Assembly: GCA_002189035.1 (NCBI GenBank)
Contig: NEEC01000331.1
Coordinates: 1-31,202, forward strand
Direction: 5' to 3'
From: Utricularia gibba
Taxonomy: Eukaryota; Plantae; Magnoliophyta
DNA length: 31,202 nucleotides
The notes beneath the pieces are model-generated. The model was given only the letters and a program-made list of their open reading frames with translations. It was not told the DNA's origin and did not search any database. This document shows, piece after piece, positions 1-13,100 of the stretch (position 1 is the stretch's first letter; the number at the start of each line of letters is the position of its first letter). The position numbers were made by a program, and so were the translations under genes.

Positions 1-545
1 AAAATTCGGTGTGCCACGAGGGAAAGGACGTGGCACCGACGCGCGCGCCGCTTTGACAACCCGATGGCGTGCCGCATAAAGAAAAAAAAAGAAAAAGAAA
101 AAAAAAAAAAAAATGCAACACGAGGACTCCAGGGGGTTAGAAAATTCGGTGGCCACGAGGGCAAGAGGGGTTTTCACGTGGAACGCGCGCGCCGCTGCAG
201 CGCACGTTGAGATGGCGTGCCGCATAAAGAAGAAAAAAAAAAAAAAAAAAAAAAGGGATTTCCAGGGGGTTAGAAAATTCGGTGTGCAAGGGCAAGAGGG
301 GTGATGCGGCCCAGCACGTTGACAACCGATGACAAAAGAAAAAAAAAAAGGGATGCAACACGAGGACTTCCCAGGGGGTTAGAAAATTGGTGTGCCACGA
401 GGGCAAGAGGGGTTTTCACGTGGCCGACGCGCGCGCCGCTGCACGCACGTTGACAACCCGATGGCGTGCGCATAAAGAAGAAAAAGAAAAAGAAAAAAAA
501 AAAAGGGATGCAACACGAGGACTTCCAGGGGTTAGAAAATTCGGT

Positions 546-580
546 GTGCCACGAGGGCAAGAGGGGTTTTCACGTGGCAC
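546..580. repeat. Inverted repeat within the monomer, GTGCCACG-N19-CGTGGCAC (representative copy)
   Basis: Perfect 8-bp arms at 546-553 and 573-580. The stem extends to TCGGTG(TG)CCACG / CGTGGCACCGA with a 2-nt bulge. Confidence 0.85.
571..578. promoter_or_regulatory. G-box/ABRE-like motif CACGTGGC in each monomer (motif match only, function untested)
   Basis: CACGTGGC at 571-578 and at the equivalent position in most monomers. It matches the plant bZIP/bHLH G-box and ABRE core ACGTGGC. Confidence 0.3.
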
Positions 581-1084
581 CGACGCGCGCGCCGCTGCAC
601 GCACGTTGACAACCGATGGCGTGCCGCATAAAGAAAAAAAGAAAAAGAAAAAAAAAAAAAAAGGGATGCAACACGAGGACTTCCAGGGGGTTAGAAAATT
701 CGGTGTGCCACGAGGGCAAGAGGGGTTTTCACGTGGAGACGCGCGCGCCGCTGCACGCACGTTGACAACCCGATGGCGTGCCGCATAAAGAAGAAAAAGA
801 AAAAGAAAAAAAAAAAAGGATGCAACACGAGGACTTCCCAGGGGGTTAGAAATTCGGTGTGCCACGAGGGCAAGAGGGGTTTTCACGTGCACCGACGCGC
901 GCGCCGCTGCACGCACGTTGACAACCCGATGGCGTGCGCATAAAGAAAAAAAAGAAAAAAAAAAAAAAAAAAAGGGATGCAACACGAGGACTTCCCAGGG
1001 GTTAGAAAATTCGGTGTGCCACGAGGCAAGAGGGGTTTTCACGTGGACGCGCGCGCCGCTGCACGCACCGATGGCGTGCCGCAT

Positions 1085-1116
1085 AAAGAAGAAAAAGAAA
1101 AAGAAAAAAAAAAAAA
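1085..1116 (-). terminator. Oligo(dT) RNA polymerase III terminator of the 5S unit, representative copy; repeated in each monomer
   Basis: The minus strand reads T13-CTTTTTCTTTTTCTTCTTT immediately after the 5S 3' end, the canonical position of the 5S Pol III terminator. Confidence 0.85.
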
Positions 1117-1146
1117 GGGATGCAACACGAGGACTTCCCAGGGGGT
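1117..1146 (-). pseudogene. 5S_rRNA: 5S rRNA gene 3' fragment (about +90 to +119), representative copy; present in nearly every monomer
   Basis: The minus strand reads ACCCCCTGGGAAGTCCTCGTGTTGCATCCC. This matches from memory the conserved 3' end of land-plant nuclear 5S rRNA (...GGATGGGTGACC(T/C)CCTGGGAAGTCCTCGTGTTGCATCCC). An oligo-T run follows directly. Upstream the match breaks (GAATTTTCTA instead of GGATGGGTG). Confidence 0.92.
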
Positions 1147-4100
1147 TAGAAAATTCGGTGTGCCACGAGGGCAAGAGGGGTTTTCACGTGGCACCGACGC
1201 GCGCGCCGCTGCACGCACGTTGACAACCCGATGGCGTGCCGCATAAAGAAGAAAAAGAAAAAGAAAAAAAAAAAAAAAAAGGGATGCAACACGAGGACTT
1301 CCAGGGGGTTAGAAAATTCGGTGTGCCACGAGGGCAAGAGGGGTTTTCACGTGGCACCGACGCGCGCGCCGCTGCACGCACGTTGACAACGATGGCGTGC
1401 CGCATAAAGAAGAAAAAGAAAAAGAAAAAAAAAAAAAAGGGATGCAACACGAGGACTTCCCAGGGGGTTAGAAAATTCGGTGTGCCACGAGGGCAAGAGG
1501 GGTTTTCACGTGGCACCGACGCGCGGCCGCTGCACGCACGTTGACAACCGATGGCGTGCCGCATAAAGAAAAAAAGAAAAAGAAAAAAAAAAAAAGGGAT
1601 GCAACACGAGGACTTCCCAGGGGGTTAGAAAATTCGGTGTGCCACGAGGGCAAGAGGGGTTTTCACGTGGCACCGACGCGCGCGCCGCTGCACGCACGTT
1701 GACAACCCGATGGCGTGCCGCATAAAGAAGAAAAAGAAAAAAAAAAAAAAAAAAGGGATGCAACACGAGGACTTCCCAGGGGGTTAGAAAATTCGGTGTG
1801 CCACGAGGGCAAGAGGGGTTTTCACGTGGCACGACGCGCGCCGCTGCACGCACGTTGACAACCCGATGGCGTGCGCATAAAGAAGAAAAGAAAAAAAAAA
1901 AAAAAAAGGGATGCAACACGAGGACTTCCCAGGGGGTTAGAAAATTCGGTGTGCCACGAGGGCAAGAGGGGTTTTCACGTGGCACCGACGCGCGCGCCGC
2001 TGCACGCACGTTGACAACCCGATGGCGTGCCGCATAAAGAAAAAAGAAAAAGAAAAAAAAAAAAAAGGGATGCAACACGAGGACTTCCCAGGGGGTTAGA
2101 AAATTCGGTGTGCCACGAGGCAAGAGGGGTTTTCACGTGGCACCGACGCGCGCGCCGCTGCACGCACGTTGACAACCCGATGGCGTGCCGCATAAAGAAA
2201 AAAAGAAAAAGAAAAAAAAAAAAAAGGGGATGCAACACGAGGACTTCCCAGGGGGTTAGAAAATTCGGTGTGCCACGAGGGCAAGAGGGGTTTTCACGTG
2301 GCGACGACGCACGTTGGATGGCGTGCCGCATGCAACACGAGGACTTCCAGGGGGTTAGAAAATTCGTGTGCCACGAGGGCAAGAGGGGTTTTCACGTGTG
2401 CACGCACGTTGACAACCCGATGGCGTGCCGCATAAAGAAGAAAAAGAAAAAAAAAAAAAAAAAAAAGGGATGCAACACGAGGACTTCCCAGGGGGTTAGA
2501 AAATTCGGTGTGCCACGAGGGCAAGAGGGGTTTTCACGTGGCACCGACGACGCGCGCGCCGCTGCACGCACGTTGACAACGATGGCGTGCCGCATAAAGA
2601 AGAAAAAGAAAAAGAAAAAAAAAAAAAAGGGATGCAACACGAGGACTTCCAGGGGGTTAGAAAATTCGGTGTGCCACGAGGGCAAGAGGGGTTTTCACGT
2701 GGCACCGACGCGCGCGCCGCTGCACGCACGTTGACAACCCGATGGCCCGCATAAAGAAAAAAAAAGAAAAAGAAAAAAAAAAAAAGGGATGCAACACGAG
2801 GACTTCCCAGGGGGTTAGAAAATTCGGTGTGCCACGAGGGCAGAGGGGTTTTCACGTGGCACCGACGCGCGCGCCGCTGCACGCACGTTGACAACCGATG
2901 GTGCCGCATAAAGAAGAAAAAGAAAAAGAAAAAAAAAAAGGGATGCAACACGAGGACTTCCCAGGGGGTTAGAAAATTCGGTGTGCACGAGGGCAAGAGG
3001 GGTTTTCACGTGGCATGCACGCACGTTGACAACCCGATGGCGTGCCGCAAAAGAAGAAAAAGAAAAAAAAAAAAAAAAGGGATGCAACACGAGACTTCCA
3101 GGGGGTTAGAAATTCGGTGTGCCACGAGGGCAAGAGGGGTTTCACGTGGCACTGCGCGCCGCTGCACGCACGTTGACAACCGATGGCGTGCCGCATAAAG
3201 AAGAAAAAGAAAAAGAAAAAAAAAAAAAAGGGATGCAACACGAGGACTTCCAGGGGGTTAGAAAATTCGGTGTGCCACGAGGGCAAGAGGGGTTTTACGT
3301 GGCCGACGCGCGCGCCGCTGCACGCACGTTGACAACCGATGGCGTGCCGCATAAGAAGAAAAAGAAAAAGAAAAAAAAAAAAAAGGGATGCAACACGAGG
3401 ACTTCCAGGGGTTAGAAAATTCGGTGTGCCACGAGGGCAAGAGGGTTTTCACGTGGCACCGACGCGCGCGCGCTGCACGCACGTTGACAACCCGATGGCG
3501 TGCCGCATAAAGAAAAAAGAAAAAGAAAAAAAAAAAAAAAAGGGATGCACACGAGGACTTCCAGGGGGTTAGAAAATTCGGTGTGCCACGAGGGCAAGAG
3601 GGGTTTTCACGCCGCGCGCGCGCGCTGCACGCACGTTGACAACCCGATGGCGTGCCGCATAAAGAAGAAAAAGAAAAAGAAAAAAAAAAAGGGATGCAAC
3701 ACGAGGACTTCCCAGGGGGTTAGAAAATTCGGTGTGCCACGAGGGCAAGAGGGGTTTTCACGTGGCACCGACGCGCGCGCCGCTGCACGCACGTTGACAA
3801 CCCGATGGCGTGCCGCATAAAGAAAAAAAAGAAAAAGAAAAAAAAAAAAAAGGGATGCAACACGAGGACTTCCCAGGGGGTTAGAAAATTCGGTGTGCCA
3901 CGAGGGCAAGAGGGGTTTTCACGTGGCACCGACGCGCGCGCCGCTGCACGCACGTTGACAACCCGATGGCGTGCCGCATAAAGAAGAAAAAGAAAAAGAA
4001 AAAAAAAAAAAAGGGATGCAACACGAGGACTAGGGGGTTAGAAAATTCGGTGTGCACGAGGGCAAGAGGGGTTTTCACGTGGCCGACGCGCGCGCCGCTG

Positions 4101-7100
4101 CACGCACGTTGACAACCCGATGGCGTGCCGCAAAAAAAAAAAGAAAAAGAAAAAAAAAAAAAAAGGGATGCAACACGAGGACTTCCCAGGGGGTTAGAAA
4201 TTCGGTGTGCCACGAGGGCAAGAGGGTTTTCACGTGGCAGCGCGCGCGCCGCTGCACACGTTGACAACCGATGGCGTGCCGCATAAAGAAGAAAAAGAAA
4301 AAAAAAAAAAAAAAAAAGGGATGCAACACGAGGACTTCCCAGGGGGTTAGAAAATTCGGTGTGCCAGAGGCAAGAGGGGTTTTCACGTGGCACCGACGCG
4401 CGCGCCGCTGCACGCACGTTGACAACCCGATGGCGTGCCGCATAAAGAAGAAAAAGAAAAAGAAAAAAAAAAAAAAGGGATGCAACACGAGGACTTCCCA
4501 GGGGGTTAGAAAATTCGGTGTGCCACGAGGGCAAGAGGGTTTTTCACGTGGCACCGACGCGACGCACGTTGACAACCCGTTGGATGCAAAAAAAAAGAAA
4601 AAGAAAAAGAAAAAAAAAAAAGGGATGCAACACGAGGACTTCCCAGGGGGTTAGAAAATTCGGTGTGCCACGAGGGCAAGAGGGGTTTTCACGTGGCCGA
4701 CGCGCGCGCCGCTGCACGCACGTTGACAACCCGATGGCGTGCCGCATAAAGAAGAAAAGAAAAAGAAAAAAAAAAAAAAAAGGGATGCAACACGAGGACT
4801 TCCCAGGGGTTAGAAATTCGGTGTGCCACGAGGGCAAGAGGGTTTCACGTGGCACCGACGCGCGCGCCGCTGCACACGTTGACAACCCGATGGCGTGCCG
4901 CATAAAGAAAAAAAGAAAAAGAAAAAAAAAAAAAAAGGGATGCAACACGAGGACTTCCAGGGGGTTAGAAAATTCGGTGTGCCACGAGGGCAAGAGGGGT
5001 TTTCACGTGGCACCGACGGCGCGCCGCTGCACGCGCACGTTGACAACCCGATGGCGTGCCGCATAAAGAAGAAAAAGAAAAAGAAAAAAAAAAAAAGGGA
5101 TGCAACACGAGGACTTCCCAGGGGGTTAGAAAATTCGGTGTGCCACGAGGGCAAGAGGGGTTTTCACGTGGCACCGACGCGCGCGCCGCTGCACGCACGT
5201 TGAAACCGATGGCGTGCCGCAAAAGAAAAAAAGAAAAAGAAAAAAAAAAAAAGGGATGCAACACGAGGACTTCCCAGGGGGTTAGAAAATTCGGTGTGCC
5301 ACGAGGGCAAGAGGGGTTTTCACGTGGCACCGACGCGCGCCGCTGCACGCACGTTGACAACCCGATGGCGTGCCGCATAAAGAAGAAAAAGAAAAAGAAA
5401 AAAAAAAAAAAAGGGATGCAACACGAGGACTTCCCAGGGGTTAGAAATTCGGTGTGCCACGAGGGCAAGAGGGGTTTTCACGTGCGACGCGCGCCGCCGC
5501 TGCACGCACGTTGACAACCCGATGGCGTGCCGCATAAAGAAGAAAAAGAAAAGAAAAAAAAAAAAAAAGGGATGCAACACGAGGACTTCCAGGGGGTTAG
5601 AAAATTCGGTGTGCCAGAGGGCAAGAGGGGTTTTCACGTGGCACCGACGCGCGCGCCGCTGCACGCACGTTGACAACCCGATGGCGTGCCGCATAAAGAA
5701 GAAAAAGAAAAGAAAAAAAAAAAAAAGGGGATGCAACACGAGGACTTCCCAGGGGGTTAGAAAATTCGGTGTGCCACGAGGGCATTTTCACGTGGACGCG
5801 CGCGCCGCTGGCACGTTGACAACCCGATGGATAAAGAAAAAAAAAGAAAAAGAAAAAAAAAAAAAGGGATGCAACACGAGGACTTCCCAGGGGGTTAGAA
5901 AATTCGGTGTGCCACGAGGGCAAGAGGGGTTTTCACGTGGCACCGACGCGCGCGCCGCTGCACGCACGTTGACACCCGATGGCGTGCCGCATAAAGAAGA
6001 AAAAGAAAAAGAAAAAAAAAAAAAGGGATGCAACACGAGGACTTCCCAGGGGGTTAGAAAATTCGGTGTGCCACGAGGGCAAGAGGGTTTTCACGTGGCA
6101 CCGACGCGCGCGCCGCTGCACGCACGTTGACAACCGATGGCGTGCCGCATAAAGAAAAAAAAAAAAAGAAAAAAAAAAAAAAAGGGATGCAACACGAGGA
6201 CTTCCCAGGGGGTTAGAAAATTCGGTGCCACGAGGGCAAGAGGGGTTTTCACGTGGCACGCGCGCGCCCGCTGCACGCACGTTGACAACCCGATGGCGTG
6301 CCGCATAAAGAAAAAAAAGAAAAAGAAAAAAAAAAAAGGGATGCAACACGAGGACTTCCCAGGGGGTTAGAAAATTCGGTGTGCCGAGGGCAAGAGGGTT
6401 TTCACGTGGCACCGACGCGCGCGCCGCTGCACGCACGTTGACAACCGATGGCGTGCCGCATAAAGAAGAAAAAGAAAAAAAAAAAAAAGGGATGCAACAC
6501 GGACTTCCCAGGGGGTTAGAAAATTCGGTGTGCCACGAGGGCAAGAGGGGTTTTCACGTGGCACCGACGCGCGCGCCGCTGCACGCACGTTGACAACCCG
6601 ATGGCGTGCCGCATAAAGAAGAAAAAGAAAAAGAAAAAAAAAAAAAAAAAGGGATGCAACACGAGGACTTCCCAGGGGTTAGAAAATTCGGTGTGCCACG
6701 AGGGCAAGAGGGGTTTTCACGTGGCACCGACGCGCGCGCCGCTGCACGCACGTTGACAACCCGATGGCGTGCCGCATAAAGAAAAAAAAAAGAAAAAGAA
6801 AAAAAAAAAAAGGGATGCAACACGAGGACTTCCCAGGGGGTTAGAAAATTCGGTGTGCCACGAGGGCAAGAGGGGTTTTCACGTGGCAGACGCGCGCGCC
6901 GCTGCACGCACGTTGACAACCGATGGCGTGCCGCATAAAGAAGAAAAAGAAAAAGAAAAAAAAAAAAAAGGGATGCAACACGAGGACTTCCCAGGGGTTA
7001 GAAAATTCGGTGTGCCACGAGGGCAAGAGGGGTTTTCACGTGGCACCGACGCGCGGCCGCTGCACGCACGTTGACAACGATGGCGTGCCGCATAAAGAAG

Positions 7101-10100
7101 AAAAAAAAGAAAAAAAAAAAAAGGATGCAGGGGTTAGAAAATTCGGTGTGCACGAGGGCAAGAGGGTTTTCACGTGGGAATTGACAACCCGATGGCGTGC
7201 CGCATAAAGAAGAAAAAGAAAAAAAAAAAAGGGATGCAACACGAGGACTTCCCAGGGGGTTAGAAAATTCGGTGTGCCACGAGGGCAAGAGGGGTTTTCA
7301 CGTGGAACCGACGCGCGCGCGCCGCTGCACGCACGTTGACACCGATGGCGTGCCGCATAAAGAAGAAAAAGAAAAAGAAAAAAAAAAAAGGGATGCAACA
7401 CGAGGACTTCCCAGGGGTTAGAAAATTCGGTGTGCCACGAGGGCAAGAGGGGTTTCACGTGGCACCGACGCGCGCCGCGCGCTGCACGCACGTTGACAAC
7501 CCGATGGCGTGCCGCATAAAGAAAAAAAAGAAAAGAAAAAAAAAAAAAAGGGATGCAACACGAGGACTTCCCAGGGGGTTAGAAAATTCGGTGTGCCACG
7601 AGGGCAAGAGGGGTTTTCACGTGGCCGACGCGCGCCGCTGCACGCACGTTGACAACCCGATGGCGTGCCGCATAAAAAGAAAAAGAAAAAGAAAAAAAAA
7701 GGGATGCAACACGAGGACTTCCCAGGGGTTTAGAAAATTCGGTGTGCCACGAGGGCAAGAGGGGTTTTCACGTGGCACCGACGCGCGCGCCGCTGCACGC
7801 ACGTTGACAACCCGATGGCGTGCCGCATAAAGAAGAAAAAGAAAAAAAAAAAAAAAAAAAAAAGGGATGCAACACGAGGACTTCCCAGGGGGTTAGAAAA
7901 TTCGGTGTGCCACGAGGGCAAGAGGGGTTTTCACGTGGCACCGACGCGCGCGCCGCTGCACGCACGTTGACAACCCGATGGCGTGCCGCATAAAGAAGAA
8001 AAAAAAAAGAAAAAAAAAAAAGGGATGCAACACGAGGACTTCCCAGGGGGTTAGAAATTCGGTGTGCCACGAGGGCAAGAGGGGTTTTCACGTGGCACCG
8101 ACGCGCGCGCCGCTGCACGCACGTTGACAACCGATGGCGTGCCGCATAAAGAAGAAAAAGAAAAAGAAAAAAAAAAAAAAGGGATGCAACACGAGGACTT
8201 CCCAGGGGTTAGAAAATTCGGTGTGCCACGAGGCAAGAGGGGTTTTCACGTGGCACCGACGCGCGCGCCGCTGCACGTGACAACCCGATGGCGTGCCGCA
8301 TAAAGAAGAAAAAGAAAAAGAAAAAAAAAAAAAGGGATGCAACACGAGGACTTCCCAGGGGTTAGAAAATTCGGTGTGCCACGAGGGCAAGAGGGGTTTT
8401 CACGTGGCACGACATGCGACAACAACCCGATGGCGTGCCGCATAAAGAAAAAAAGAAAAAAGAAAAAAAAAAAAAAAGGGATGCAACACGAGGACTTCCC
8501 AGGGGGTTAGAAAATTCGGTGTGCCACGAGGGCAAGAGGGGTTTTCACGTGGCACCGACGCGCGCGCCGCTGCACGCACGTTGACAACCCGATGGCGTGC
8601 CGCATAAAGAAGAAAAAGAAAAAGAAAAAAAAAAAAAAGGGATGCAACACGAGGACTTCCCAGGGGGTTAGAAAATTCGGTGTGCCACGAGGGCAAGAGG
8701 GGGTTTTCACGTGGCACCGACGCGCGCGCCGCTGCACGCACGTTGACAACCCGATGGCGTGCCGCATAAAGAAGAAAAAGAAAAAGAAAAAAAAAAAAAA
8801 GGGATGCAACACGAGGACTTCCCAGGGGGTTAGAAATTCGGTGCCACGAGGCAAGAGGGGTTTTCACGTGTTTGGGTGCCGCATAAAGAAAAAAAGAAAA
8901 GAAAAAAAAAAAAGGGATGCGGACTTCCAGCGGTGTGCCACGAGGGCAAGGGGTTTCACGTGGAACCGACGCGCGCGCCGCTGCACGCACGTTGACAACC
9001 CGATGGCGTGCCGCATAAAGAAGAAAAAGAAAAGAAAAAAAAAAAAAAGGGATGCAACACGAGGACTTCCCAGGGTTAGAAAATTCGGTGTGCCACGAGG
9101 GCAAGAGGGGTTTTCACGTGGCCGACGCGCGCGCCGCTGCACGCACGTTGACAACCGATGGCGTGCCGCATAAAGAAGAAAAAGAAAAAGAAAAAAAAAA
9201 AAGGGATGCAACACGAGGACTTCCCAGGGGTTAGAAAATTCGGTGTGCCACGAGGGCAAGAGGGGTTTTCACGTGGCACCGACGCGCGCGCCGCTGCACA
9301 CGCACGTTGACAACCCGATGGCGTGCCGCATAAGAAGAAAAAAAAAAAGAAAAAAAAAAAAAGGGATGCAACACGAGGACTTCCCAGGGGTTAGAAAATT
9401 CGGTGCCACGAGGGCAAGAGGGGTTTTCACGTGGCGACGCGCGCGCCGCTGCACGCACGTTGACAACCCGATGGCGTGCGCATAAAGAAGAAAAAGAAAA
9501 AGAAAAAAAAAAAAAAGGGATGCAACACGAGGACTTCCAGGGGTTAGAAAATTCGGTGTGCCACGAGGGCAAGAGGGGTTTTCACGTGGCACCGACGCGC
9601 GCGCGCTGCACGCACGTTGACAACCCGATGGCGTGCCGCATAAAGAAAAAAGAAAAAGAAAAAAAAAAAAAAAGGGGATGCAACACGAGGACTTCCCAGG
9701 GGGTTAGAAAATTCGGTGTGCCACGAGGGCAAGAGGGGTTTTCACGTGGCGACGCGCGCGCCGCTGCACGCACGTTGACAACCCGATGGCGTGCCGCATA
9801 AAGAAGAAAAAGAAAAGAAAAAAAAAAAAAGGGATGCAACACGCTTCCAGGGGGTTAGAAAATTCGGTGTGCCACGAGGGCAAGAGGGTTTTCACGTGTG
9901 CAAGTTGACAACCCGATGGCGTGCCATAAAGAAAAAAGAAAAAGAAAAAAAAAAAAAAAGGGATGCAACACGAGGACTTCCCAGGGGGTTAGAAAATTCG
10001 GTGTGCACGAGGGCAAGAGGGGTTTTCACGTGGGACGCGCGCGCCGCTGCACGCACGTTGACAACCGATGGCGTGCCGCATAAAGAAGAAAAAGAAAAAG

Positions 10101-13100
10101 AAAAAAAAAAAAAGGGATGCAACACGAGGACTTCCCAGGGGGTTAGAAAATTCGGTGTGCACGAGGGCAAGAGGGGTTTTCACGTGGACCGACGCGCGCG
10201 CCGCTGCACGCACGTTGACAACCGATGGCGTGCCGCATAAAGAAAAAAAAGAAAAAGAAAAAAAAAAAAAAAAGGGATGCAACACGAGGACTTCCCAGGG
10301 GGTTAGAAAATTCGGTGTGCCCACGTGTGTGCACGCACGTTGACAACCCGATGGCGTGCCGCATAAAGAAGAAAAAGAAAAAAAAAAAAAAAAAGGGATG
10401 CAACACGTGGACTTCCAGGGGGTTAGAAAATTCGGTGTGCCACGAGGGCAAGAGGGGTTTTCACGTGGCACCGACGCGCGCGCCGCTGCACGCACGTTGA
10501 CAACCCGATGGCGTGCCGCATAAAGAAGAAAAAGAAAAGAAAAAAAAAAAAAAGGGATGCAACACGAGGACTTCCAGGGGGTTAGAAAATTCGGTGTGCC
10601 ACGAGGGCAAGAGGGGTTTTCACGTGGACGCGCGCGCCGCTGCAGCACGTTGACAACCCGATGGCGTGCCGCATAAAGAAAAAAAAAAGAAAAAAAAAAA
10701 AAAAAGGGGATGCAACACGAGGACTTCCAGGGGGTTAGAAAATTCGGTGTGCCACGAGGGCAAGAGGGGTTTCACGTGGCACCGACGCGCGCGCCGCTGC
10801 ACGCACGTTGACAACCCGATGGCGTGCCGCATAAAGAAGAAAAAGAAAAAGAAAAAAAAAAAAAGGGATGCAACACGAGGACTTCCCAGGGGGTTAGAAA
10901 ATTCGGTGTGCCACGAGGGCAAGAGGGGTTTTCACGTGGCACCGACGCGCGCGCCGCTGCACGCACGTTGACAACCCGATGGCGTGCCGCATAAAGAAAA
11001 AAAAGAAAAAGAAAAAAAAAAAAAAGGGGATGCAACACGAGGACTTCCAGGGGTTAGAAAATTCGGTGTGCCACGAGGGCAAGAGGGGTTTTCACGTGGC
11101 ACCGACGCGCGCCGCCGCTGCACGCACGTTGACCCGATGGCGTGCCGCATAAAGAAGAAAAGAAAAAGAAAAAAAAAAAAAAGGGATGCAACACGAGGAC
11201 TTCCAGGGGGTTAGAAAATTCGGTGTGCCACGAGGGCAAGAGGGGTTTTCACGTGGCCGACGCGCGCGCCGCTGCACGCACGTTGACAACCCGATGGCGT
11301 GCCGCATAAAGAAAAAAAAGAAAAAGAAAAAAAAAAAAAAAGGGATGCAACACGAGGACTTCCCAGGGGGTTAGAAAATTCGGTGTGCCACGAGGGCAAG
11401 AGGGGTTTTCACGTGGCACCGACGCGCGCGCCGCTGCACGCACGTTGACAACCCGATGGCGTGCCGCATAAAGAAGAAAAAGAAAAAGAAAAAAAAAAGG
11501 GATGCAACACGAGGACTTCCAGGGGTTAGAAAATTCGGTGCCACGAGGGCAAGAGGGGTTTTCACGTGGCACCGACGCGCGCGCGCTGCACGCACGTTGA
11601 CAACCGATGGCGTGCAAAAAGAAGAAAAAGAAAAAGAAAAAAAAAAAGGGATGCAACACGAGGACTTCCAGGGGTTAGAAAATTCGGTGTGCCACGAGGG
11701 CAAGAGGGGTTTTCACGTGGCACCGACGCGCGCGCCGCTGCACGCACGTTGACAACCCGATGGCGTGCCGCATAAAGAAAAAGAAAAAGAAAAAAAAAAA
11801 AAAAGGGGATGCAACACGAGGACTTCCCAGGGGGTTAGAAAATTCGGTGTGCCACGAGGGCAAGAGGGGTTTTCACGTGGAACCGACGCGCGCGCCGCTG
11901 CACGCACGTTGACAACCCGATGGCGTGCCGCATAAAGAAGAAAAAGAAAAAGAAAAAAAAAAAAGGGATGCAACACGAGGACTTCCCAGGGGGTTAGAAA
12001 ATTCGGTGTGCCACGAGGGCAAGAGGGGTTTTCACGTGGCACCGACGGCGCGCCGCTGCACGCGTTGACAACCGATGGCGTGCCGCATAAAGAAGAAAAA
12101 GAAAAGAAAAAAAAAAAAGGGATGCAACAGGACTTCCCAGGGGGTTAGAAAATTCGGTGTGCACGAGGGCAAGAGGGGTTTTCACGTGGCACCGACGCGC
12201 GCGCCGCTGCACGCACGTTGACAACCCGATGGCGTGCCGCATAAAGAAGAAAAAGAAAAAGAAAAAAAAAAAAAGGGATGCAACACGAGGACTTCCCAGG
12301 GGTTAGAAAATTCGGTGTGCCACGAGGGCAAGAGGGGTTTTCACGTGGCACGACGCGCGCGCCGCTGCACGCACGTTGACAACCCCGATGGCGTGCCGCA
12401 TAAAGAAAAAAAAGAAAAAAAAAAAAAAAAAAGGATGCAACGAGACTTCCAGGGGGTTAGAAAACGGTGTGCCACGAGGGCAAGAGGGGTTTTCACGTGG
12501 CACCGACGCGCGCGCCGCTGCACGCACGTTGACAACCCGATGGCGTGCCGCATAAAGAAGAAAAAGAAAAAGAAAAAAAAAAAAAAGGGATGCAACACGA
12601 GGACTTCCCAGGGGGTTAGAAAATTCGGTGTGCCACGAGGGCAAGAGGGGTTTTCACGTGGCACCGACGCGCGCGCGCGCACGCGTTGACAACCGATGGC
12701 GTGCATAAAGAAAAAAAAGAAAAAGAAAAAAAAAAAAAAGGGGATGCAACACGAGGACTTCCCAGGGGGTTAGAAAATTCGGTGTGCCGAGGGCAAGAGG
12801 GGTTTTCACGTGGCACCGACGCGCGCGCCGCTGCACGCACGTTGACAACCCGATGGCGTGCCGCATAAAGAAGAAAAAGAAAAAGAAAAAAAAAAAAAAG
12901 GGATGCAACACGAGGACTTCCAGGGGTTAGAAAATTCGGTGTGCCACGAGGGCAAGAGGGGTTTTCACGTGGCACCGACGCGCGCGCCGCTGCACGCACG
13001 TTGACAACCCGATGGCGTGCCGCATAAAGAAAAAAAAGAAAAAAAAAAAAAAAAAAGGGATGCAAACGAGGACTTCCCAGGGGTTAGAAAATTCGGTGTG

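Noticed and set aside
1-350. Divergent monomers at the left end
   Set aside because: They are garbled, deletion-rich versions of the same monomer, typical of a low-coverage contig end.
1085-1116. Length and pattern variation of the A-tract (GAAGAAAAAG versus GAAAAAAAAG) as monomer subfamilies
   Set aside because: It cannot be separated from homopolymer sequencing error without accurate reads.
1117-1146. Annotating each monomer as a functional 5S rRNA gene
   Set aside because: Only ~30 of ~120 nt are present and the internal promoter is absent.
1142-1149. Telomere-like GGGTTAG (occasionally GGGTTTAG) at the deletion junction, suggesting telomerase healing
   Set aside because: It is a single unit. 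The G-run and first T come from the 5S sequence, TAG/AG mostly comes from the spacer, and only about one base is novel. The TTTAG versions look like homopolymer errors.
1117-1180. G-quadruplex from four G-runs per monomer (GGG, GGGGG, GGG, GGGG)
   Set aside because: The loops are about 21, 23 and 5 nt, too long for a confident canonical G4.
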